Made by a program: the position numbers and the translations under genes
Shown: piece after piece, positions 49,520 to 59,895 of the stretch
Numbering within the stretch: position 1 is the first letter of the stretch
Layout: every line of letters begins with the position of its first letter
NCBI GenBank assembly: GCA_965248755.1
Contig: OZ252149.1
Coordinates: 3,008,001-3,072,000, forward strand
Source: Candidatus Latescibacterota bacterium
Lineage (GTDB): Bacteria; Latescibacterota; CBDEFO01
Reading direction: 5' to 3'
Length of the DNA stretch: 64,000 bases
The notes under the pieces: generated by a model
What the model was told of the DNA's origin: nothing
The model's input: the letters and a program-made list of their open reading frames with translations, nothing else
Databases searched by the model: none

Positions 49520-50785
49520 TGTACTGCTTCCCAGGAAAGCGACACCAATTAAGCAACCTGGGGTAGTAGATAAAATTGTTTTCTCCACTCTTTTGGGGTC
49601 TTATATCCCAGGGATGAATGAAGCCTGTTCTTGTTGTAATTATCGATCCACTGAGATATGATCTTCTCAGCCTGTTCAAAGGATTCAAACTTGTGAAGCC
49701 AAACACACTCTTGCTTGAGGGTCCTGAAAAAACGCTCTACAACACCGTTCCAATCGGGTTTACCACTTGGTATGTATTCCTGACGAATTCCCCAATATTC
49801 GGTACTGGCCAAATAGGCCCGAGCCAAAAAGATGGAACCATTGTCAGAGCGCAAAGTGAGACCCTGGGGGACAGCCTCCTTGGAAGTGTATCGAGAGATC
49901 ACGGCCCGATCCAGGGCATCTGTGGCCTCCAGTGCCCTCCCTTTTCGACTAAAACGATACCCAGGAACCTCCCGGCTTCCGTTGTCCACCACCGCAATAA
50001 GAGGACACCAACCATCTTTTCCACAGTAAATCTTTGTCAAGTCACTCGACCACAAACTGTCGGGACTATCCACCACAGAACGCTTCTGGGCAACCTGTGG
50101 CCCCTTTCTCCCGGGACGATTCCACAGCTTACACTGCCACCCCTTAAGCTTCATTATCCTATGAACCTTCTTAACGTTGACACATTCCCCTTCCTTGAAA
50201 CGAAGATGCGCCCAAACCCGCCTGTGACCAAATGCCTCTTCTTGGTCCAGTATCCCTCGAATACGAAAAGCAAGCTCCTCATCTATCACAGGCTCTTTAA
50301 CAGAAGAACTGACACCTCTATCCCTAAACCTATACAGAGTCGAACGATGCAAACCCAAAGCCAAAGCTACCACCTTGCGGGAATAGCCTCGACCCAAAAA
50401 CCGCCCACTCAAGGCAACCGCTTCGTTTTTTTTAGACGGGCTACCTCTTCGAGTATCTCCAACTGGAGCGTCAACTGCCCTACCTTGCGCTCCAACCGGC
50501 TAACCTCTCGCTCCTTCGGATCCTTGCGACCACGCCGAGACTTCAGACTCTCCTGGCCCCCTTCTAAGAAACTATCACGCCAAGCATACGCCTGCGACTG
50601 GCTAATTCCATTCTTACGACACACCTCAGATAGATCTGCTCCTCTCAAAAGAGCCAACACAATCTCTCCCTTACGGGTCGCCGTCCAGCGCTTACCATCT
50701 TTCACTTCGGGGCTCGACACCTTGACCTCCCTTCTCAAACCCCAATTTGCGAAATATTTGTCGCTCTGTCAAGGGGAGCGGTATG
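49520..50785 (-). mobile_element. IS3-family element, copy 3 (orfA 50409-50738, orfB 49549-50412)
   Basis: Identical proteins to copy 1; 4-bp target duplication GTAC. Confidence 0.93.
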
Positions 50786-50899
50786 GTACCCTTTAGCAAG
50801 GTGGGTCATCTGCCCAGCATCGTACCCTACAGCATATGCGGTTACATTGGATAATATAAAGGTGGACCCCATTCTTTCTACCGGAATGAAAACAAAACT

Positions 50900-52057
50900 A
50901 TGAAACGAGGCATCGCCACATTTACGCTGGACACCGGCCGCTGTCCGCGCTGGTTGTTTGAACGCATGGTTAAGTTAGGGCGGGAGATGGCGCGGGTGAT
51001 TGTGATTGAGCACGGACCGGATGAATTTGTCAAACGCATCGCAGATCCAGTCTGGTTTCAATCCCTGGGAACGGTGCTGGCTTTCGATTGGAATGCCTCG
51101 GGCCTGACAACAATTCTGACCGCCTCTTTGAAAGAAGCAATTCGCGGGCAGGAGCGCGACCTGGGCATCTTCATCTGCGGCGGCAAGGGCAGAACCTCAC
51201 GAAAAACCCCGGACGAAATCCAATCCTGGGGAGAGAGATTATGTTTGCCCGATCCGCATATAGAAAACCTGGTCTATAATTCCCGCATGAGCGCCAAAGT
51301 AGACAGCTCACTGGTGCAAGACGATTATCAAATCTATCATCACAGCTTCTTCTTTTCACTAAACGGTTCCTGGGCAGTTGTGCAGCAGGGCATGAACGAA
51401 GCCAATGCCACAGCCAGACGCTACCATTGGTTTTCGGAGAATATCAAAGATTTGGTCTGTGAACCTCACGTCGGCATCGCTTCACAAAGAGGGCGACAGA
51501 TGACGCTCAATTTGACCGCCAAAAAGAGCACCGATACTCGCGAAACGAGCGTCAAGGTCATCGGCGAAGGTTACCGACCACTGATAAAGGAGATAGAGAT
51601 CATCCGTGAGCACTCCTCGCCTTTAAGCCAAATGGTTGCGCTTCGATATAAAGACGAAGAAATGAGTCTGCTAAACATAGAAAATAGAGAATTTAAAGTT
51701 CATCCCGTTATATACGAGGATTTCGCCAAAAGCAAGTATCTGGAGAAGATATTGGCCAAACTTTGCGACAAGGTTCCTGAAAATTACGAGCAGTTGCTAG
51801 CCACCCGGGGCGTCGGTCCTAAAACAGTGCGGGCTCTTGCGCTGGTGGCAGAGATTCTTTACGGCGCTGTGCCCTCGTATGAAGACCCGGCTCGCTACTC
51901 CTTTGCTCACGGCGGCAAAGACGCCACGCCGTATCCAGTTGACTGCGCGACCTACGATAAGACTATTTCTATAATGAAAGAGGTAGTGAACAAGAGCCGC
52001 ATTGCAGTTAGCGAAAAGAACAAAGCTATTAAGAGACTGAGTGATGATCCACATTGA
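50900..52057 (+). CDS. DUF763-family protein
   Basis: GRCPRWLF, DWNASGLTT, AKVDSSLVQD, VVQQGMN, YSFAHGGKD. Confidence 0.85.
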   Translation: MKRGIATFTLDTGRCPRWLFERMVKLGREMARVIVIEHGPDEFVKRIADPVWFQSLGTVLAFDWNASGLTTILTASLKEAIRGQERDLGIFICGGKGRTSRKTPDEIQSWGERLCLPDPHIENLVYNSRMSAKVDSSLVQDDYQIYHHSFFFSLNGSWAVVQQGMNEANATARRYHWFSENIKDLVCEPHVGIASQRGRQMTLNLTAKKSTDTRETSVKVIGEGYRPLIKEIEIIREHSSPLSQMVALRYKDEEMSLLNIENREFKVHPVIYEDFAKSKYLEKILAKLCDKVPENYEQLLATRGVGPKTVRALALVAEILYGAVPSYEDPARYSFAHGGKDATPYPVDCATYDKTISIMKEVVNKSRIAVSEKNKAIKRLSDDPH

Positions 52058-52126
52058 TATTAGACATTTGGGGATTCTGGCGTGGATGAGTATACTTCAC
52101 GGACTTTCATCAGGAATGAGAAGACG

Positions 52127-52207
52127 TGCCCAAACTTTCCGCAGTGTCATTCTTACTTTTCTTGTGCGGATGCGGCGTAACACTCACCGACTTTGTCAAA
52201 TGCGGGG
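52127..52207 (+). pseudogene. 5' piece of a split paralog of the 53330 lipoprotein
   Basis: Encodes MPKLSAVSFLLFLCGCGVTLTDFVKCG, compared with MPKFLVVICLCLFCGCGATLTDFIRSG. Confidence 0.7.
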
Positions 52208-52303
52208 CACGTTGCCCGTCCCCGCTACGGAGCCAACGTGTGACCTCAGGTCGCTGTCGAAACTAGATGGGGGCCCTTCAGATGAGTGAGGTGCAGTAGC
52301 GGA

Positions 52304-53185
52304 ATGAACGTCTTGATCATGGGTGGCACCACGTTCTTTGGCAAAAGGCTTGTCACGCATCTGCTGGACAAAGGGTGTCAGGTGACGATCGCCACCCGCG
52401 GAAGCACACCTGACTCTTTCGGAGATCGAGTTGCGCGGGTGCGTTTCGACCGAACCAGCCTTGCCAGCATGGAGGCGGCGTTTTCGGCTTCACGTTTCGA
52501 CACGGTCTTTGACCAGATCGGCTTTGCGCCGGACGACGTGGCAGATGCCTGCCGTGTCTTTGCGGGCAAGATTGGTCACTACGTCTTTACCTCCAGCAAT
52601 GCGGTATATGCTTTTCCGGGTTCGCGTCTGTTAGAAGAGGCTTTCGATCCTATGTCTATCTCACCGGGAAGCGGACGCAAGACAAAACTGGGCTATTCCG
52701 AAGGCAAAAGACAGGCAGAAGCGTATCTCTTTCAACACGCGCCGTTCCCGGTTGCGGCGGCACGATTCCCCATCGTTCTGGGACCAGATGACCCCACGGA
52801 TCGGGTCCAGTTCCACGTCGAGCGGGTGATGCAGGGGAAGCCGATCGTGGTCAGCAGGCCGTGCGGGCGGCTGACCTACGTCGAAGCCAACGACGCCGGC
52901 CGGTTTCTGGTATGGCTGGGGCTTACGGGTCGCGTCGGTCCCTATAACGGTGCGTCCACCTATGCTTTAGATGCTGCCGAGATGGTCGAACGGATTGCGC
53001 AGGTTTTGGGACAGGTGCCGAAGTTAGTCCCGCGCGGCAGGAAGCTGGACCATTCGCCCTATTGGTGCTCCGAGGACGATTGGACGCTCGATATGGCGAA
53101 GACGGAACGTGAGGGATTTCACTTCACGCCCTTCGACGAATGGTTCCCCGAGGTGGTGCGCGCGACTGCGCAAGGTGATGTCTAG
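52304..53185 (+). CDS. NAD-dependent epimerase/dehydratase family protein
   Basis: GGTTFFG, FTSSNAVY, YSEGK; visibly higher GC than its neighbours. Confidence 0.85.
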   Translation: MNVLIMGGTTFFGKRLVTHLLDKGCQVTIATRGSTPDSFGDRVARVRFDRTSLASMEAAFSASRFDTVFDQIGFAPDDVADACRVFAGKIGHYVFTSSNAVYAFPGSRLLEEAFDPMSISPGSGRKTKLGYSEGKRQAEAYLFQHAPFPVAAARFPIVLGPDDPTDRVQFHVERVMQGKPIVVSRPCGRLTYVEANDAGRFLVWLGLTGRVGPYNGASTYALDAAEMVERIAQVLGQVPKLVPRGRKLDHSPYWCSEDDWTLDMAKTEREGFHFTPFDEWFPEVVRATAQGDV

Positions 53186-53206
53186 CGTCGTAAACCGGCG
53201 GCGATC

Positions 53207-53320
53207 CCCTGGGGAATATCCTCCGAAGCCTGAGGACTATGATGCTTTGGTCTTCTTTGAGGGTGATCGTCTCGCGGAAGAATTTGAGATAATTGCGATA
53301 GTTCGTGCTGTACAGAAAAG
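53207..53320 (+). pseudogene. 3' piece of the split lipoprotein paralog
   Basis: PGEYPPKPEDYDALVFFEGDRLAEEFEIIA matches PEAYPPKPEDYDVLVYFEGDSPTEEFEMIG. Confidence 0.75.
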
Positions 53321-53329
53321 AGAAAAGAC

Positions 53330-53698
53330 ATGCCAAAATTCCTTGTAGTTATCTGCCTATGCTTATTCTGCGGATGCGGTGCAACGCTCACCGACTTTAT
53401 CAGGAGCGGGCCTGAAGCATATCCTCCGAAGCCTGAGGACTACGATGTTTTAGTGTACTTTGAAGGTGATAGTCCGACAGAGGAATTTGAGATGATTGGG
53501 ATGGTATACGCTGAAAAAGAAGCCGATTCCGAGTCTCACTGGGATCTGGTCAAACCTGAAGAGATAGTTCAACTCTTAAAGGAGGTGGCCAGAAAGCACG
53601 GGGCTGACGCTATTCTGGATGTGAAAATCACCTCTGCTGAGCACAAGACCAGGGACTGGAAAAGAGGCGAAGCAAAGGCAATTATCTTTATCGAGTAA
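53330..53698 (+). CDS. Lipoprotein (YbjQ/RcsF-like C-terminus)
   Basis: Lipobox-like FCGC; LKEVARKHGADAIL. Confidence 0.7.
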   Translation: MPKFLVVICLCLFCGCGATLTDFIRSGPEAYPPKPEDYDVLVYFEGDSPTEEFEMIGMVYAEKEADSESHWDLVKPEEIVQLLKEVARKHGADAILDVKITSAEHKTRDWKRGEAKAIIFIE

Positions 53699-53789
53699 CC
53701 CACGTTGAGTAAAAGACAAGCCAAAATAGACAGTATGTAGGTATCCCTGCCTTCTCTTGTTGGCTGTCTGCTTGAAAAGAGGAAATAGC

Positions 53790-54725
53790 TTGGAGTTAGG
53801 AAGTCTATACCTAATCTTTACGAGCTTTTCGAGGTCGGCGGTAACGATGTCTGTTCCGCTGTTGATGACGTCACTTGGGGAGATATTTGCAGAGCGCTCA
53901 GGTGTCATAAACATCGGGCTTGAGGGAATGATGCTATCTGGCGCCTTCTTCGGGATGGTCGGCTCATATTATACAGGTAATCCCTGGGTCGGCCTTATTA
54001 TAGGATCTTTAGGAGGTGTGACTTTAGCCCTTATCTTTTCCCTTTTGTCCATCTCACTCGGCGCAGATCAGGTAGTGGTCGGGACGGCAGTCAATATATT
54101 CGCCTTAGGCATAACGGGAGTCCTATATAGAGCGATGTTCGGCGTTACTGGCGCGGCACTGATGGTGGAGATGTTCCAGACAGAAAATATTCCCTTCATA
54201 AAGGACATACCCTTTTTCGGACCGGTGTTCTTCCAGCATAACCTGCTTGTCTATATGGCCTTCGTGTCTGTACCGATAGCTGCGTTTATACTATTTAGGA
54301 CGAAGGTGGGGCTTCACATCAGAGCGGTTGGAGAGCATCCACAGGCGGCGGACACATCGGGCATAGACGTGGTGAAGATGCGCTACATATGCGTCCTTAT
54401 AAGCGGATTTGCGGCGGGCTGTGCGGGGAGTTATCTTTCGCTGGCGCATTCAAATACGTTCATTGAGGGGATGTCCGCGGGGAGAGGATTTCTAGCGTTA
54501 GCTATCGTCATATTCGGAAAGTGGCATCCGTGGGGGGCGTTAGGAGCGGCGCTCTTTTTCGGAGCCGCCAACGCCCTTCAGTTTCAGTTTCAGGCCTTGG
54601 GATTGGATGTCCCCTACCAGTTCTTTTTGATGTTGCCCTACATCCTTACACTGTTGGTTTTAGCGGGATTCGTGGGACGCTCCACAGCTCCTGCTGCCTT
54701 AGCCAAACCCTACAGGAGAGAATGA
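53790..54725 (+). CDS. Nucleoside/sugar ABC transporter permease (BPD_transp_2)
   Basis: ERSGVINIGLEGMML, RAVGEHP.AAD..G, GRGFLALA, LPYILTL. Confidence 0.9.
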   Translation: MELGSLYLIFTSFSRSAVTMSVPLLMTSLGEIFAERSGVINIGLEGMMLSGAFFGMVGSYYTGNPWVGLIIGSLGGVTLALIFSLLSISLGADQVVVGTAVNIFALGITGVLYRAMFGVTGAALMVEMFQTENIPFIKDIPFFGPVFFQHNLLVYMAFVSVPIAAFILFRTKVGLHIRAVGEHPQAADTSGIDVVKMRYICVLISGFAAGCAGSYLSLAHSNTFIEGMSAGRGFLALAIVIFGKWHPWGALGAALFFGAANALQFQFQALGLDVPYQFFLMLPYILTLLVLAGFVGRSTAPAALAKPYRRE

Positions 54726-55609
54726 TGAGCAAACGGGACTCCCCACAAGTTTTGGAACGCAACGGAGAACTTTCTGGGGAAAAAGATACGGTATTTTTAT
54801 CCCGCACAGTGGCATTTGAGGCGTCGCACCGCTACTGTGACCCGGACCTTTCAAAAGAGGAAAACCTGAGACTTTTCGGCAAGTGCTACAATCCCTATGG
54901 ACACGGGCACAACTACGTCTGTGAGGCCACGGTAGCAGGAAAGGTAGAGTCTTCAACCGGGATGGTGATGGATATCAAGGGCCTGGACGATATAATGAAG
55001 AGCGTTATAAACAGCGAATTGGATCACAAGTTCATAAACGAGGACCATCCGTATTTCAAAGATAAAAACCCCACTACTGAGAACATAGCCATATATCTAT
55101 GGGATCGGTTGGAGGAAAAGATAGAAACGTGCAAGCTATTCAAGGTCAAAGTGGAGGAAGAGGAGAACCTATTTTCAGAATACTACGGAAGTGAGAACAA
55201 GATGGTATACCTTACAAGAATTTTCGATTTTTGCGCGGCTCACAGGCTCCACAGCCAAAAGTTAAGCAATGAGGAGAACAAAGAAGTCTTTGGAAAATGC
55301 AACAACCCCAACGGCCACGGGCACAACTACCGCTTGGAGGTTGTCGTTAAGGGAGAGATAGACCCCAATACGGGAATGTCAGTAGATCTGGGCTATGTAG
55401 ACAGCGTGGTCGAGGACAGGATAATAAAAAGGCTCGACCACAAGCATCTGAATATGGACGTGGACGAGTTCAAGGATTTGAACCCGACGTCTGAGAACGT
55501 CGTTATGGTTATATGGGATCTGTTAGATGAGCAGATGCCCCGGGGTTCGCTCTATAAGATCAGGCTCTGGGAAACGCGCAAAAGCTGCTTTGAATATTTG
55601 GGAGAATAG
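54722..55609 (+). CDS. Tandem-domain 6-pyruvoyl-tetrahydropterin synthase
   Basis: Two GKCxNPxGHGHNY motifs with LDHK and PT(T/S)EN. Confidence 0.88.
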   Translation: MMSKRDSPQVLERNGELSGEKDTVFLSRTVAFEASHRYCDPDLSKEENLRLFGKCYNPYGHGHNYVCEATVAGKVESSTGMVMDIKGLDDIMKSVINSELDHKFINEDHPYFKDKNPTTENIAIYLWDRLEEKIETCKLFKVKVEEEENLFSEYYGSENKMVYLTRIFDFCAAHRLHSQKLSNEENKEVFGKCNNPNGHGHNYRLEVVVKGEIDPNTGMSVDLGYVDSVVEDRIIKRLDHKHLNMDVDEFKDLNPTSENVVMVIWDLLDEQMPRGSLYKIRLWETRKSCFEYLGE

Positions 55610-55614
55610 CTTGT

Positions 55615-56334
55615 ATGGGAGACCTTGCGGGTAAAGTAGCAGTGGTGACGGGAGCAAGCAGGGGGATAGGCAGGCAGGTCGCCGTGCTCCTGGCTCAAGA
55701 GGGTGCAAGTGTAGTCCTTGCGGCTCGGACTGAACAGGATCTTGCACTGACGGCAGATGAGATACAGAGCAAAGGGGGAGACGCCTTTTCTGTTCGTACG
55801 GATATAACAGATGAGAGGCAGGTGGAAAATCTTATAGAGGAGGCAATCTCGCGCTACGCTGGAATCGACGCCCTTTGCAACGCTTCCGGATTCGGAGCCT
55901 TCGCCTCTATCACAGAGTCGAAGACGGAGGACTGGGACAGGATGATGGACGCAAATTTAAGGGGAATGTACCTTTGCTCCAAGTACGCCCTCAAACACAT
56001 GCTCGAAAGAGAAAGCGGTCACATCGTAAACGTAATCTCCATCGCGGCGAGAGTCCCTTTCAAATTTGCAAGCGGATATTGCGCCTCCAAGTTCGGGGCT
56101 TTGGGATTTACAAAGGTTTTGTCAGAGGAGGTAAGAGACAAAGGCATAAGGGTCACAGCTGTGTGCCCCGGAGCCACGGATACCCCCTTTTGGGATAGCA
56201 TAGAAGAAAAGCCCTCAAGAGAAGATATGACGCCGCCAGAAAGGGTGGCTGAGACCGTCTTGTTTGTTCTCTCACAAAAAGAAGGAATAACCACAGACGA
56301 GATATGGATGACACCACCGTTAGGAGTGTTATAA
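55615..56334 (+). CDS. SDR oxidoreductase, possibly sepiapterin-reductase-like
   Basis: TGASRGIG and YCASK; directly downstream of the PTPS gene. Confidence 0.85.
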   Translation: MGDLAGKVAVVTGASRGIGRQVAVLLAQEGASVVLAARTEQDLALTADEIQSKGGDAFSVRTDITDERQVENLIEEAISRYAGIDALCNASGFGAFASITESKTEDWDRMMDANLRGMYLCSKYALKHMLERESGHIVNVISIAARVPFKFASGYCASKFGALGFTKVLSEEVRDKGIRVTAVCPGATDTPFWDSIEEKPSREDMTPPERVAETVLFVLSQKEGITTDEIWMTPPLGVL

Positions 56335-57266
56335 TGGACAGAAGAGATTTCCTTAAAACTACCCTTGTCGGATCGGCGGGCATCGGACTCGGCAATTATA
56401 CAGAGAGCTTTGCCAGAGGTTATGACGAGATACCTAAAAGGCGTCTCGGAAAGACCGACCAGATGGTGACCATAATCGGACTCGGCGGAGCGCATTTGAA
56501 CATACCAGATGAGCAGGGGGCGCAACGGATCGTCCATAAGGCTCTGGACTTCGGGGTCAACTTCTTCGACAACGCCTGGAACTATGGCCACGGTGTATGC
56601 GAGGAGAGATTGGGCAGGGGGTTGGGGAAAAGGCGGAAAGGCGTCTTCGTGATGAGCAAAGATACGAACAGAAGGCAAAAAGAGGCATGGGATCACATTC
56701 ACGAGAGCCTGAGACGCCTTAATACCGATTACATAGACCTCTGGCAGTTTCACGGGATAGATACCCCTGGAGATGTGCAAACTATCTTCGGCCCTGGCGG
56801 AGCGATGGAGGCCGCCGACAGGGCGAAAAGAGAGGGAAAGATAAGGTATATAGGAATAACAGGTCATCGCGATCCACAGGCGTTCTTGGAGGCCCTGAAG
56901 TACCACGAGCATCTATCTACCTTCCAGATACCCATAAACCCTGTAGACCCTAACTATTTAAGCTTTATAGAGCTTATCCTTCCGGAGCTGGTCAAGAATG
57001 ACGTAGGCGTTTTGGCTATGAAGACCACAGCGGGGGGCAATCTGGTCACAAAGGGCGCGGCGACCGCTGAAGAATGTCTCAGATATGTCTGGAGTCTCCC
57101 TGTGTCAATGATTATATCCGGGTGCGAAAAGGTGCGGTTTTTAGAGGAGAACGTAAACTCTGCTAAATCTTTCAGCCCGATGTCAAAAGAGGAAATGGAC
57201 GCTCTAGTAAAGAGACTGAAGCCTTTTAAAGGCACCCGCGTGGAAACCTATAAGAAGGCTGTTTGA
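56334..57266 (+). CDS. Aldo/keto reductase with Tat signal
   Basis: MDRRDFLK; FDNAWNY; SLRRLNTDYIDLWQFH. Confidence 0.9.
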   Translation: MDRRDFLKTTLVGSAGIGLGNYTESFARGYDEIPKRRLGKTDQMVTIIGLGGAHLNIPDEQGAQRIVHKALDFGVNFFDNAWNYGHGVCEERLGRGLGKRRKGVFVMSKDTNRRQKEAWDHIHESLRRLNTDYIDLWQFHGIDTPGDVQTIFGPGGAMEAADRAKREGKIRYIGITGHRDPQAFLEALKYHEHLSTFQIPINPVDPNYLSFIELILPELVKNDVGVLAMKTTAGGNLVTKGAATAEECLRYVWSLPVSMIISGCEKVRFLEENVNSAKSFSPMSKEEMDALVKRLKPFKGTRVETYKKAV

Positions 57267-57513
57267 CAGGATACAACGAGATTACTTCGGGGCGAGTGCC
57301 CTTGCTATGACGCTGAGGATACCCTTGGAAATGACAGACCTAAGCAACGTCATTGTAAGTCCCTTACGACTGTCATTGCGAGCCAAGCCAAGCAATCCCC
57401 GACCTCCGATGGGGAACCTCCGATAGATTCAATCGGGGACAATCTCCAGGGAGGGGAAGTTCTCCCCTGTCTACTGTCTGCTGCCTACTGTCTACTTCTT
57501 TAAGGAGGAAGAT

Positions 57514-58740
57514 ATGCCCACATATAAAGTGTTGATGTTCCTTTCTGTCGTTTTCTTGGCATCTGGATGTACCACCACCGATCAGCAGATAAGGAATGTG
57601 ATAGACAGAGCAGCCTGGGCTTCAAAAGGATCTGATATGTGGAACAAAACGATGCAAGATCTGATCGAATTCGACAGGACATCGGCCAGAAAGATAATCG
57701 CCTGGCTTCCGGACGCGTGGTACATAGGCAAGAACTTCAGAGAGCATAAAGATGAAAGGAACAATATCCGACTTGCGGCAGCTACTCTGTTAGGCACGAT
57801 AAGATATAAACCTGCCGCTGCTACGCTGTTGCCGTACCTTTCAGATGCATATCCCGACGATGTACGCAAAAAGATGGCGTGGGCGCTCGGGGAGATAGAA
57901 AATGAGGCTATAGAACCGGAGAATATAGATGCCCTTTTTAAAAGCGACAACTACGAACTCCACATGGCTGCAGCCGTAGCCCTGTGCAAGTTAGGATACG
58001 AATACGGATGTGAGGCGCTGATAGAGGGCCTAAAGAGAGAAGACTCCAACGATTCCAGGATAGCGTCGGATGGGATCAAAGATGCGGGACATCACTCTGT
58101 GCGGGCTCTTGTATCGTCTTTAGGGGATAAAGAAAATAAGGAAATAGGAGAAAACATTCAAGATATTTTACGTGATATGAGGGACGCCCTGATAACAGAT
58201 CTCAAAAGTGACGATGATTCAGTTCGCAGAAACTCCGCCAGGGCGCTTGGGCCTATAGGTGACATGTCCGCATTGGATCCTCTACTACCTCTTCTGAACG
58301 ACGAGGAGAACATGGTTCAGCTGTGGGCCGCTACTTCGCTCAGCCAGCTTGGCAACAAGAAGGGAACAGACTACCTCTTGAACGCCCTCAAAAGCCAGGA
58401 TAATATAAGCAGGTTCAGCGCTATAGATGCTTTAATAGAGGCCGGGAGTACTTTAGAACATCAGTTGATAAGTACACTGAAGGATAGTGATGCGCTGATC
58501 CGCTCATCTGCCGCGCAGGCTCTGGGGAGAATTTCGGCAAAAGGCGCTGTCTTTGCACTTATCGAGGCTCTTGGCGACACATCTGCTGCTGTCCGCTGGA
58601 ATGCGGCCCTGGCATTAGGAAAGATAGGCGATAAGCAGGCATTAGAACCCCTTCGAGACCACCTCAACGATAGCGACAAGAGCGTTTCCTACTATGCAGA
58701 GTGGGCATCAAACAAGATCGAGAAGGTAGCTGATAACTGA
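57514..58740 (+). CDS. HEAT-repeat lipoprotein
   Basis: Lipobox ASGC; repeated D..VR..AA.ALG motifs. Confidence 0.85.
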   Translation: MPTYKVLMFLSVVFLASGCTTTDQQIRNVIDRAAWASKGSDMWNKTMQDLIEFDRTSARKIIAWLPDAWYIGKNFREHKDERNNIRLAAATLLGTIRYKPAAATLLPYLSDAYPDDVRKKMAWALGEIENEAIEPENIDALFKSDNYELHMAAAVALCKLGYEYGCEALIEGLKREDSNDSRIASDGIKDAGHHSVRALVSSLGDKENKEIGENIQDILRDMRDALITDLKSDDDSVRRNSARALGPIGDMSALDPLLPLLNDEENMVQLWAATSLSQLGNKKGTDYLLNALKSQDNISRFSAIDALIEAGSTLEHQLISTLKDSDALIRSSAAQALGRISAKGAVFALIEALGDTSAAVRWNAALALGKIGDKQALEPLRDHLNDSDKSVSYYAEWASNKIEKVADN

Positions 58741-58899
58741 ATAGGACTCGCAAGGTAGCGGACAGCGTACGGATATAGGCAGTCTGAGTGAGATTACGCC
58801 CCCGGACCTCCGATAGAGTCAATCGGGGGTGTTGACAATGGCAGTTTAGGATTAGGGGAATTGCCCTGTCTACTGACCACTATTTACTGGAGAAACGAC

Positions 58900-59039
58900 T
58901 TGCCTATTTTGAGCATAAAAAACATAACTAAAAAGTTCGAGAGCTTAAGCGCGGTAAGCGACATAAGCGTGGACGTAGAAAAAGGGAACATCGTCAGTTT
59001 GATAGGCCCAAACGGAGCTGGAAAGAACAACCTATTTAA
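58900..59039 (+). pseudogene. 5' fragment of branched-chain amino acid ABC ATPase (LivG-like)
   Basis: ILSIKNITKKFESLSAVSD..LIGPNGAGK..LFN, cut by a MITE end. Confidence 0.8.
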
Positions 59040-59146
59040 CCCGATTAAGCATAAACTTGCTGGAGTCATTGCGAGGAGCAAAGCGGTCCCCGATTGAGTC
59101 TATCGGGGAAGCAATCTCAAGGTTTTATAGTGGTCTCCTATGAGAG
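59040..59146 (-). mobile_element. Partial MITE (right part), inverted copy of 62215-62321
   Basis: About 107 bp near-identical reverse complement. Confidence 0.8.
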
Positions 59147-59486
59147 TGGGGTTAGGTCCCATATGGGATTAGGTCCCACATGGGATTAGGTCTCACATGG
59201 GGTTAGGTTCCACATGGGATTAGGTCCCAAATGGGATTAGGTCCCACATGGGATTGGGTCCCACATGGGATTAGGTTCCACATGGGATTAGGTCCCACAT
59301 GGGATTGGGTCCCACATGGGATTAGGTCTCACATGGGATTAGGTCCCAAATGGGATTAGGTCTCACATGGGATTAGGTCCCACATGGGATTAGGTCCCAC
59401 ATGGGATTAGGTCCCACATGGGATTAGGTCTCACATGGGATTGGGTCCCACATGGGATTAGGTCCCACATGGGATTGGGTCCCAAA
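59146..59486 (+). repeat. Tandem array of about 20 x 17 bp (ATGGGATTAGGTCCCAC)
   Basis: Contiguous units with point variants and no spacers; each unit is a TGGGA/TCCCA mini-hairpin. Confidence 0.95.
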
Positions 59487-59687
59487 TTTGTGTCGAGGAT
59501 AGCAGATATTATAAATCAGATACATAAAAAAGGTATCACGGTTTTGCTCGTCGAACAGAACGCTACTTTAGCCCTGCACCTTGCTAACAGAGGATATGTC
59601 CTGGAGACGGGCAGAATAACTATAAAAGGCAAGGCATCAGACCTTGCACAAGACAGTCGCCCAAAGGAGGCCTATTTGGGTAATTAG
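59469..59687 (+). pseudogene. 3' fragment of branched-chain amino acid ABC ATPase (LivF-like)
   Basis: MGLGPKFV..GITVLLVEQNA..ANRGYVLETG..EAYLG. Confidence 0.85.
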
Positions 59688-59895
59688 CCCTTTTGCAGAT
59701 AGCGTCTCTTCAAAAATGTGTTGACATAACATAGATAAGTGGCTATATTTTGTGGAAATCGATCATCAAGTGTAACTCTTTACAACAAAACTGTAACAGT
59801 AAGTTTCCAAAAGTATCGAAGTAGACAGACAGTAGATAGTGAGGAGAGGAAACCCTCTTTACTGCTGCTGTCTGCTTACAAAAAGGGAGGGAACA

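Noticed and set aside
59146..59486. CRISPR array or telomere-like TTAGG repeat
   Set aside because: Units are contiguous with no unique spacers and no cas genes are present. TTAGG is only the loop of a 17-bp unit traceable to livF codons.
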